DNA of 64,000 bases from an uncultured Eubacteriales bacterium (GTDB taxonomy: Bacteria > Bacillota > Clostridia > Oscillospirales > QAKW01). The notes beneath the pieces were generated by a model, which saw only the letters and a program-made list of their open reading frames with translations, searched no databases and had not been told where the DNA came from. The stretch lies in assembly GCA_964428505.1 (NCBI GenBank), contig CAYRYQ010000003.1, forward strand, positions 803-64,802. The letters are read 5' to 3'. The translations under genes and the position numbers were made by a program. Each line of letters begins with the position of its first letter. The first letter of the stretch is position 1. This document shows, in pieces, positions 47,493 through 54,281 of this stretch.

Positions 47493-48239
47493 CTACTTTC
47501 TCCAGAACGCCGCCAGAGGAATATCGCGTCCCTCCAGCCGCCCTGCTATATTTTTGAATGCCTCCGCGGTTGCCGAACGGTTTTTCGGCAAAACCTCCCC
47601 GCGGTTGGAACGGATCACCACCTGCTCACTGTGGGGCACCAGCCCCAAAAGCGGCAACGCCACTGCGTCCATCACGTCGTCTACATTCTGCAGGTATCCT
47701 TTTTTAATCATCTGCTTGCGCACCTTGTTGATCACCAGCTCCACCGGCATGGACCGCTCTTTGGTGATGATCGCGGCGGTGCGGCTGGCATCCCGCACGG
47801 CGGTCAGCTCCGGCGTAGACACCACAATGCAGCGCTGCGCGGAAAATACCACGTTGCGAAACCCCTGCCCCACGCCTGCGGGCGCGTCAATCAGCACATA
47901 TTCATAATGATCGCCGAGATATTGGCAAAGCCTGCGAAAGGCCTGCTTATCCACCGATGCCGTATAATCCTCCGAGCCCGGAATAAAATGCAGGTTCTGC
48001 AGCGTATCATGCACCGCGATTGCCTTGCCCACCGGGCAGCGGCCTTCCAAAATGTCCAGCAGGTCAAAGGAGGTTTTGCTCTCCATCCCCAGCACGATAT
48101 CCAGATTCCGAAGACCCATATCTCCGTCGATGGCGATGACCGCGCGCCCATCCATCGCCAGCGCAAACGCAAGATTTGCGCAAAGGGTGGTTTTGCCCAC
48201 GCCGCCCTTGCCTGAAACAATGCTGATGATGGTTCCCAT
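47493..48239 (-). CDS. MinD-like ParA/MinD-family ATPase, C-terminally short
   Basis: 248 aa, collinear with MinD: deviant Walker A SGKGGVGKTT, DGDMGLRNLD, LIDAPAGV. It ends ...GRDIPLAAFWRK without the usual amphipathic tail. Confidence 0.85.
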   Translation of the reverse strand: MGTIISIVSGKGGVGKTTLCANLAFALAMDGRAVIAIDGDMGLRNLDIVLGMESKTSFDLLDILEGRCPVGKAIAVHDTLQNLHFIPGSEDYTASVDKQAFRRLCQYLGDHYEYVLIDAPAGVGQGFRNVVFSAQRCIVVSTPELTAVRDASRTAAIITKERSMPVELVINKVRKQMIKKGYLQNVDDVMDAVALPLLGLVPHSEQVVIRSNRGEVLPKNRSATAEAFKNIAGRLEGRDIPLAAFWRK

Positions 48240-48329
48240 GCCCGGCTCCTCTTTTTAAAAATGTTCCCAAGATCGAGAGGTGCGCCTCTCTTCACAGCGG
48301 TCAGAAAGTAATTATGCCGCATTTTTATA

Positions 48330-48347
48330 ATGATATAAGGATATCAT
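48330..48347. promoter_or_regulatory. Perfect 7-4-7 inverted repeat upstream of the MinD-like gene
   Basis: ATGATAT aagg ATATCAT overlapping a possible TTTACT, 17 nt, TATGAT promoter on the minus strand. Confidence 0.3.
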
Positions 48348-48390
48348 AACATATTTTTCAGGGATAGTAAAGTATTTTTACGCAATTCCT

Positions 48391-49644
48391 TTACAGCTGC
48401 GTGCAGAATTCCACCGAGCGGGGAAGATGAAAGCGATTCATCTCCCGCCTGCAGCAAGAAACCAGCCCCCGGCCCAGCATTTTCACCGCGTCTTTTCCAT
48501 CGGGCAGCACCCTGATACGGATCCCGCCGTTTTCCGCCACGCACCGGCATTTGCCGACGCCGTCCAGCCTTGCAAGCTCTGCCTCCATATCCGCAAGCCG
48601 CACCCCGAAATCCCGCACAAAATAAAGGGGTTCCTGCTGCACCTTCAGCGGAACCGGGCAGGAGGAAAGCGTTCCCTGCCCGCCCGCCTGCAAAAAGGCC
48701 TTCCCCGCAAATTTTTCCATCAGCGGGGTCAGCGGCTTGCCGATCTGGATGCCGCCCCTTAAATTTTTCCAGCGGACCCGAAAGCGCGCCGCTTTTTGCC
48801 TGAAATCCCAGAAGAATTCCTCGGTTCCCACCAAAAAATCCGGTCGCTGCCGCGCAAGCCGCTCCATGGGCTCCCCCACCGCGCCCCACAACACGGCCTT
48901 TCCGGCGCATAAAGCGCCGTGCACGGCCAGAAACCCGCCTTCCGTTGCAAAGGAGTGCTCCACAAACACTGTTTTAACCCGCTCCTTGCGCCGCCAGAAT
49001 TCCGCGGTGGTTTCCTGCAGCTCCTTGGGCGTATAAACCACTGCCCGGGCCTGCAGAAAGCAGCTGGTGCCGAACAGCACCACCGCCACCTGATCGGGGT
49101 CGGCGAAGGGAAGCGCCGGCACCTGATACCGGTTTTGCTCCATCAGCGTTTCCAGCAGATAGCCTCGGAGCGTCTCTTCCTTCCGGCTTTTTTTCTGGCC
49201 GGAACGATAAACTCTTTTCAGTCGGCCCTTCAGATCGCTTTCCGGCCGGCTGAGAATCAGGCGGCCCGGCGGCAGCGGATCGGCCAGCCGGCAATATTCT
49301 TCATAGATTTCTGCGGTGGTGATCAGGCGGTTTGCCCCGCAGGAGCGCATCTGCCGCAAAAGCTCCCGGCCGGAAGAGGCCGGATGCGCCAGCACGCCGA
49401 TGGCGCCCAGCCGGGAAAGCCCATAAAAAGAGGCCAGCAGATCCGGGCAATTGGGCAGGCAAAGCACCACCCGCTCCCCCGGCTCCACCCCCATCTGGCA
49501 AAAGGTGTTATACGCGTACTCCGCACGGGTCAAAAGCAGCCCGTAACGAAAGGTTTTATCCCCGTATACCAGCGCGGTTTCATATTTATTCCGATAAGCG
49601 CTTTGGCGAAAAGCGCGGTATGCCGAATCCAGTTCCCGTTCCAT
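48391..49644 (-). CDS. ANL-superfamily (acyl-CoA synthetase / adenylation) homologue with degenerate core motifs
   Basis: 417 aa. The N-terminal half is typical (GVEPGERVVLCLPNCPDLLASFYGLSRLGAIGVLAHP). The expected TSGTTGxPKG site reads LFGTSCFLQARA, and the YGxTE site reads GQGTLSS. Confidence 0.7.
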   Translation of the reverse strand: MERELDSAYRAFRQSAYRNKYETALVYGDKTFRYGLLLTRAEYAYNTFCQMGVEPGERVVLCLPNCPDLLASFYGLSRLGAIGVLAHPASSGRELLRQMRSCGANRLITTAEIYEEYCRLADPLPPGRLILSRPESDLKGRLKRVYRSGQKKSRKEETLRGYLLETLMEQNRYQVPALPFADPDQVAVVLFGTSCFLQARAVVYTPKELQETTAEFWRRKERVKTVFVEHSFATEGGFLAVHGALCAGKAVLWGAVGEPMERLARQRPDFLVGTEEFFWDFRQKAARFRVRWKNLRGGIQIGKPLTPLMEKFAGKAFLQAGGQGTLSSCPVPLKVQQEPLYFVRDFGVRLADMEAELARLDGVGKCRCVAENGGIRIRVLPDGKDAVKMLGRGLVSCCRREMNRFHLPRSVEFCTQL

Positions 49645-49661
49645 AATGCTCCTTTATATCG

Positions 49662-49695
49662 AAAAAGAGAGTGCACCGCGCTGCCGGTCACTCTC
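49662..49695 (-). terminator. Rho-independent terminator
   Basis: GAGAGTG ... CACTCTC stem with inner ACCG/CGGT pairs, followed by UUUUU on the minus strand. Confidence 0.7.
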
Positions 49696-49711
49696 CTTAA
49701 AACACGTTTTT

Positions 49712-50512
49712 TCAGGCGGTCTCATCCACCAGAGTGCAGGAGGTGTATAAATAGTTTGTCACCAGCGTCTGCGTGTCATTCACCGTCTGCACCTCCTCCA
49801 CCGCCTTCAGGGTGATGGAGATGCGCTTTACAAATTTGGTCTGATCCTCTGTCACGTCCTCTTCGCTGAGCCCGTCGTCCCGGTAGCAGTCCACCAAAAG
49901 GGTGTAGGTGCCCGCGTCCGGGTCAAACTGCACGTCCAGCACCTTGGGCACAAGATAGCTGGTCGCCACGTTTTTCACCTTGTAGCAGCCGCTCAGCGGA
50001 TTATAGGGGAAGGAGCCGCAAACGTCCACGCTGTGGAACTTCAGCTTCCCGCCATAGCTGAAATTAAAGCGGGCAAACTTTTCCACGTCGGCTTTCGGAA
50101 TCAGAATCGAGCCGTCTTCCCGGTTGGAATAAACGCCCTGCCCGTTGACCGTGATGGCCTGCCAGATCCCATAAGAAAGAAATAAATCCGTATTCAGCCC
50201 CACCGGATCGGTAAAATTCGGAAAATCCTGCTTGACAAAATTGGCGATATACTGCTGGAAAAATTCTGCCGAGCCCTCTTCCAGGCCGGAGGCCCGCAGC
50301 TCGTCGAACGGCGCGCCGGCCGAAATCAGGCTGGGGTCCACCCCCTCCTCATAGATATCCGCGGGCTTAAACAGATGATAGATCTTTTTCCCGCCGATCA
50401 CCAGCAGAAAAGCACAAAGAGCCAAGAACGCAAGACCGATCAGAAAGGTCAGGGTCTTATGCCCGTATTTGCGAAAAAAAACGGTAAATTGATTCATTGA
50501 TTTTTTCTCCAC
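49712..50512 (-). CDS. Membrane-anchored hypothetical protein
   Basis: 266 aa. Single N-terminal TM helix (LTFLIGLAFLALCAFLLVIGG). No family recognised. Confidence 0.65.
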   Translation of the reverse strand: MEKKSMNQFTVFFRKYGHKTLTFLIGLAFLALCAFLLVIGGKKIYHLFKPADIYEEGVDPSLISAGAPFDELRASGLEEGSAEFFQQYIANFVKQDFPNFTDPVGLNTDLFLSYGIWQAITVNGQGVYSNREDGSILIPKADVEKFARFNFSYGGKLKFHSVDVCGSFPYNPLSGCYKVKNVATSYLVPKVLDVQFDPDAGTYTLLVDCYRDDGLSEEDVTEDQTKFVKRISITLKAVEEVQTVNDTQTLVTNYLYTSCTLVDETA

Positions 50513-50566
50513 CCAATATTTGTTGTTTTATTCTAATCCTTTTTTTGAGAATAGTCAAGTTCGCGG

Positions 50567-50596
50567 TTGAAATATTCCGGCGGTTTGTTATATAAT
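50567..50596 (+). promoter_or_regulatory. Putative sigma-70 promoter of the U32 gene
   Basis: TTGAAA, 18 nt, TATAAT, 30 nt upstream of the ATG at 50627. Confidence 0.55.
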
Positions 50597-50626
50597 GTAA
50601 AAAAAATAAAGTCAGGATGAGCAAGC

Positions 50627-52660
50627 ATGGAATTATTAGCTCCCGCAGGGAATTTTGCCGCCGCGCGCAGCGCGGTTCACAACGGAGCGGACGCCATTTA
50701 TGTGGGCGGCCGTCTCTTCAGCGCGCGCCGCACCGCCGAAAATTTTGACGCTTCGCAGCTAAAGGAGCTGGTGACCTATTGCCATCTGCGCAAAGTCAAG
50801 GTTTACGTTGCCCTCAACACACTGGTGCGGGAGGAGGAGCTTTGGGCGCTTGCTTCCATGGCGGAAGAAATCGCCGCCAGCGGCGCCGACGCCGCGATCG
50901 TGACCGACTGGGGGGCGGTGCGGCTTTTACGCGCCTGCTGCCCCACCCTGCCGCTGCACGCCTCCACCCAGATGAATATCCATTCTGTGGCCGGGGTAAA
51001 GCGCTTGGAGCGGGCGGGCTTTTCCCGGGTGGTGCTGGCCCGGGAGCTTTCCGCCGCCGAAATCGCCGCCATCTGCCACGCAACCACGCTGGAGGTGGAG
51101 GTTTTTGCCCACGGCGCTCTCTGCATGAGCTACAGCGGAAATTGCTATCTTTCCTCGGTCATTGGCCAGAAGAGCGGCAACCGCGGCCTTTGCGCCCAGC
51201 CCTGTCGGCTGCCCTACGAGGGCGACCGCTACCCGTTAAGCCTCAAGGATCTTTGTTTGCTGGAGCATCTGGATACGCTCCAGCAGGCGGGCGTTACCTC
51301 TCTAAAAATTGAAGGGCGGCTCAAGAGCCCCGAATATGTGGGCAGCGTCACGGCGGCCTACCGCAAAGCGCTGGACGGCACGCCTCCCACGCGGGAGACC
51401 CTGCGGAATCTGGCGCATATCTTCTCCCGGAGCGGCTTCACCGCCGGGTATTGGGAGGAAAGAACAGGCGCCTCCATGTTCGGTGTCAAAACCAAAACCG
51501 CATATGGCGACTATAAAGCCGCGGTGGCGGCGGTGTCAAAAACGTTGGAGGAGGCGTTCGAGCCGAAAAAACGGGCCCTTTCCTTCCAGCTGGTGCTGGG
51601 CGTGCGGACAAGCCGCCTCACCGTCACCTGTGAGGACTTTTCAGCGCAGATCGAGGGCCAGCGGCCGGAGCCCGCCTTTAAAAAAGCGGTCACTGCCGAA
51701 GACGCGGTTCGCTCCCTCTCCAAGCTGGGCGGCACCCCCTTCGCACTGGGGGAATGCACCGCCCGGGTGGCGCAGGATCTCTTTTTCCCCGCTGCCGCCT
51801 TCAACGCTCTGCGCCGGGAGGCCCTCAAGGCGGTGGAAGCGCATTTTCTGCCCCGGCCCCATCCCTTCCGTTCGGCGGTTCCGGCGCTGCCCCCGGCGGC
51901 GGCCCCCGCGCCGCTCACGCTGGAGCCCTGGTTCTGGTTCCCGGAAAAGGCGCGCTGCGCGCTTCCGCCCGCTGTTCTTCGCTATTGGGTCAACGGGCAG
52001 GATCCGGCCGCCTGCGCCCCCTTCGCCGCGGATCCCAAAGCGGGGGTGTTTTTGCCGCCGGTGCTCAACGACCGGGCGCTGGAAGCGCTGGCCGGGCAGC
52101 TCTATGCCCGGGGCTTCCGCCATGCCCTCTGCCGCCATCCGGGGCAGATCGCGCCGCTGCGGGCGGCGGGTTTTACCGTCCATGGGGATTTCAGCTTCAA
52201 CCTCACCAATTCCCAGGCCCTTGCGGCCTATACCGGGCAGCTGGCCGACGTCGCCCTTTCCTTTGAGCTGACTCTGCAGGAAATCAAAGCGCTGCATAAG
52301 CCGCTGCCGGTGGGGCTGATCGTTTACGGCCGTCTGCCCCTGATGCAGACCAAAAATTGCCTGATCACCAATGTGTTCCCCTGTAAAAAAGGGCAAGGCG
52401 CTTTTCTGACCGACCGCACAAACCGCGCCTTCTTCGTGGGCTGCGGGGCCCAGTGCCAGAACACGCTGTTTAACAGCCAGCCCCTCTACCTTGCCGACCG
52501 CGCGCGGGAATGGCGGGAAACCGGCGTCTCCTTCGGGCGGCTGCTGTTTACCGACGAAACGCCGGAGCAGATTGCACAAATCCTAAAGGCCTACGAACAC
52601 GGCTCCCGGGAAACGCCGCCCGCCTATACCCGCGGGCTTTACTACCGAGGTGTTTTATAA
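50627..52660 (+). CDS. Peptidase U32 family protein (long form)
   Basis: 677 aa. MELLAPAGN...AVHNGADAIYVGG, and the U32 signature region EVFAHGALCMSYSGNCYLSS. Confidence 0.88.
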   Translation: MELLAPAGNFAAARSAVHNGADAIYVGGRLFSARRTAENFDASQLKELVTYCHLRKVKVYVALNTLVREEELWALASMAEEIAASGADAAIVTDWGAVRLLRACCPTLPLHASTQMNIHSVAGVKRLERAGFSRVVLARELSAAEIAAICHATTLEVEVFAHGALCMSYSGNCYLSSVIGQKSGNRGLCAQPCRLPYEGDRYPLSLKDLCLLEHLDTLQQAGVTSLKIEGRLKSPEYVGSVTAAYRKALDGTPPTRETLRNLAHIFSRSGFTAGYWEERTGASMFGVKTKTAYGDYKAAVAAVSKTLEEAFEPKKRALSFQLVLGVRTSRLTVTCEDFSAQIEGQRPEPAFKKAVTAEDAVRSLSKLGGTPFALGECTARVAQDLFFPAAAFNALRREALKAVEAHFLPRPHPFRSAVPALPPAAAPAPLTLEPWFWFPEKARCALPPAVLRYWVNGQDPAACAPFAADPKAGVFLPPVLNDRALEALAGQLYARGFRHALCRHPGQIAPLRAAGFTVHGDFSFNLTNSQALAAYTGQLADVALSFELTLQEIKALHKPLPVGLIVYGRLPLMQTKNCLITNVFPCKKGQGAFLTDRTNRAFFVGCGAQCQNTLFNSQPLYLADRAREWRETGVSFGRLLFTDETPEQIAQILKAYEHGSRETPPAYTRGLYYRGVL

Positions 52661-52751
52661 AACGATCCGACCAATCCTTCCGGCATACGGCGGCCGGGGT
52701 GTTTTAATAGAAAGGCGGTTTTCCTTCCTGAAAAATAAAAGGAGCGCCGGA

Positions 52752-52925
52752 TCAGCCGCGCTCTTTATAAGCCGTCAGCAGCCGCTGCCGCGCTTCCGAT
52801 AAAACCGCTTCCTCCACCGGCGCATAGATGCATTCCCGGCAGCTGCCGGTCACATCCGGCGTGATCTCCTCTCGAATACAACCCACTTTTTCACAGTAAA
52901 TACAGCAACTGTTGTCGCAGTTCAT
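52752..52925 (-). CDS. Candidate 57-aa Cys-rich protein (not in the ORF track, which lists no ORF shorter than 60 aa)
   Basis: ATG 52925 to TGA 52752-52754: MNCDNSCCIYCEKVGCIREEITPDVTGSCRECIYAPVEEAVLSEARQRLLTAYKERG. GAAGGGG upstream. Host-like GC content. Confidence 0.45.
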   Translation of the reverse strand: MNCDNSCCIYCEKVGCIREEITPDVTGSCRECIYAPVEEAVLSEARQRLLTAYKERG

Positions 52926-53057
52926 TTTCAGGCCCCTTCTGCTTTTTTATTTGTTTACCTATAATTATATATTGCTTTTTATTAAAATGCAATTGTAATC
53001 TTTTAAAAAGTGTATTTTTGTCCTTTTCTCCCATACACTTTTTATGAGGTGATCCGC

Positions 53058-53309
53058 ATGTCCAAAAGCACGAAGATTTCCATTGAAAACCGGGATAAAT
53101 ACATTGATTTAGGGCTCAATATCGCCTATTACCGCAAGCGTGCGGGCATGACACAGGACCAGTTGGCTGAAAAAGCAAGCCTGAGCCGCCCTTATCTTAG
53201 CGCAATTGAAGCGCCCAATATTGTGAAAACCTTTTCGCTGGAGGTGCTGTTCAATCTGGCCCACGCACTGGGAATCCCCCCGGAAAAGCTTTTGACCTTC
53301 CGGGATTAA
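53058..53309 (+). CDS. XRE-family helix-turn-helix transcriptional regulator
   Basis: 83 aa from MSKSTKISIENRDKYIDLGLNIAYYRKRAGMTQDQLAEKASLSRPYLSAIE. GAGGTGA RBS. Confidence 0.85.
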   Translation: MSKSTKISIENRDKYIDLGLNIAYYRKRAGMTQDQLAEKASLSRPYLSAIEAPNIVKTFSLEVLFNLAHALGIPPEKLLTFRD

Positions 53310-53326
53310 ACAACCGAATTTAAAAA

Positions 53327-53372
53327 AGCGGACACAGTAGGTCGTTTTTCCCCCACTGTGTCCGCTTTTTTA
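53327..53372. terminator. Bidirectional rho-independent terminator
   Basis: AGCGGACACAGT ... ACTGTGTCCGCT with an A run before and a T run after. Confidence 0.85.
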
Positions 53373-53405
53373 TTGATTTAACCGGCAGCATTGTGCTATA
53401 TTCCC

Positions 53406-53442
53406 CCGGCAGCGGCCCCACAATTTCTTCCAAATACGATTA
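53406..53442 (-). repeat. 37-bp copy (about 86% identity) of an internal segment of the adjacent ORF; fragment of a lost tandem paralogue
   Basis: CCGGCAGCGGCCCCACAATTTCTTCCAAATACGATTA versus 54001-54036 CCGGCAGCTGCTCCACGATTTCTCCCAATACGATTA. On the minus strand it encodes LIVFG(frameshift)EIVGPLPGEY, compared with VIVLGEIVEQLPGKY. Confidence 0.75.
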
Positions 53443-53443
53443 A

Positions 53444-54028
53444 TTAGTTCGGTATGTGTAATACCACACTTTGCTTTTCCGAATCAACCGTGCCCTCAAT
53501 TAATTCGGTTTCACTGTCGGTACTATCTGATGTTTCTGTACCGTTCTTTTCCGTATCGTCCGCAACTGCAGTTTTTGCATTATTAGCGTCGGCAATCTCC
53601 TGCTTGATATTGTTTAAGTCTAATTCAGATTTGGATGATTGATAGATGGCGCTGTTTCCCGTTGCTTTGAAATAGCCCTTGCTACCGGCAGTAATGCCAT
53701 ATCCGGTCTTATCAGTATTAACAGAGAGGTCTCCGCCATCATACAGGCACAAGATCGCCTCACTCCCAACGGTAAGAGTATATTCTTCCACATCAGATTC
53801 AATGATATATGTGTTATCATCAAGGGGAGGCAATCCTACTCTAAACCATGTTCTTACAACGATGGTTTCCTCGTCATAAGGGGTGTCATAAGGAGTTCCC
53901 TTATAGACCTCTTTGATTTTTACAATGTAGCTGGTTTCCCAGGCGTTGGTGATAACACCTTTTTCATCGATCAAGGTTCTGTCAGGGTTGTTATATTTTC
54001 CCGGCAGCTGCTCCACGATTTCTCCCAA
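53444..54028 (-). CDS. Hypothetical protein in a low-GC islet; probably the downstream part of a split gene
   Basis: 194-aa track ORF that has only a TTG start. Its frame stays open upstream to 54116 (ENSESVVSGSYAITSKEDILKRSDVIV) with no ATG or GTG. About 42% GC against roughly 60% in the flanks. Confidence 0.55.
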   Translation of the reverse strand: MGEIVEQLPGKYNNPDRTLIDEKGVITNAWETSYIVKIKEVYKGTPYDTPYDEETIVVRTWFRVGLPPLDDNTYIIESDVEEYTLTVGSEAILCLYDGGDLSVNTDKTGYGITAGSKGYFKATGNSAIYQSSKSELDLNNIKQEIADANNAKTAVADDTEKNGTETSDSTDSETELIEGTVDSEKQSVVLHIPN

Positions 54029-54036
54029 TACGATTA
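54001..54036 (-). repeat. Partner copy of the 37-bp repeat
   Basis: See 53406-53442. Confidence 0.75.
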
Positions 54037-54098
54037 CATCAGACCTCTTCAGTATATCTTCTTTTGAAGTTATTGCATATGATCCGCTTACAACACTT

Positions 54099-54281
54099 TC
54101 AGAATTTTCTCATCTGACTTTTGGACGGTGCAGCTCCAACCCCCACCCACATTGGCTCCGCATACTCTCTTTGGATGATCCATCTGCCATTTTCTGGATC
54201 AAATGAAAGTTTAACATCCATTAAATCTTCATATTGGTCTCCGGCAATCGACATAATAATTTGGCAGATCTGCATAATCAT
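54099..54281 (-). CDS. Hypothetical 60-aa ORF; probably the upstream part of the split gene
   Basis: ATG 54281 overlaps the gpmI TGA (ATGA). MIMQICQIIMSIAGDQYEDLMDVKLSFDPENGRWIIQREYAEPMWVGVGAAPSKSQMRKF. It stops inside an AAAATT tract where a 1-nt indel would join it to the 53444 frame. Confidence 0.4.
   Translation of the reverse strand: MIMQICQIIMSIAGDQYEDLMDVKLSFDPENGRWIIQREYAEPMWVGVGAAPSKSQMRKF

Noticed and set aside
51309-52579. Two long ORFs (320 aa on the plus strand in an alternative frame, 312 aa on the minus strand) inside the U32 peptidase gene
   Set aside because: Both give Arg/Pro/Gly/Ala-rich translations typical of off-frame reading of GC-rich coding DNA. The U32 frame carries the family motifs.
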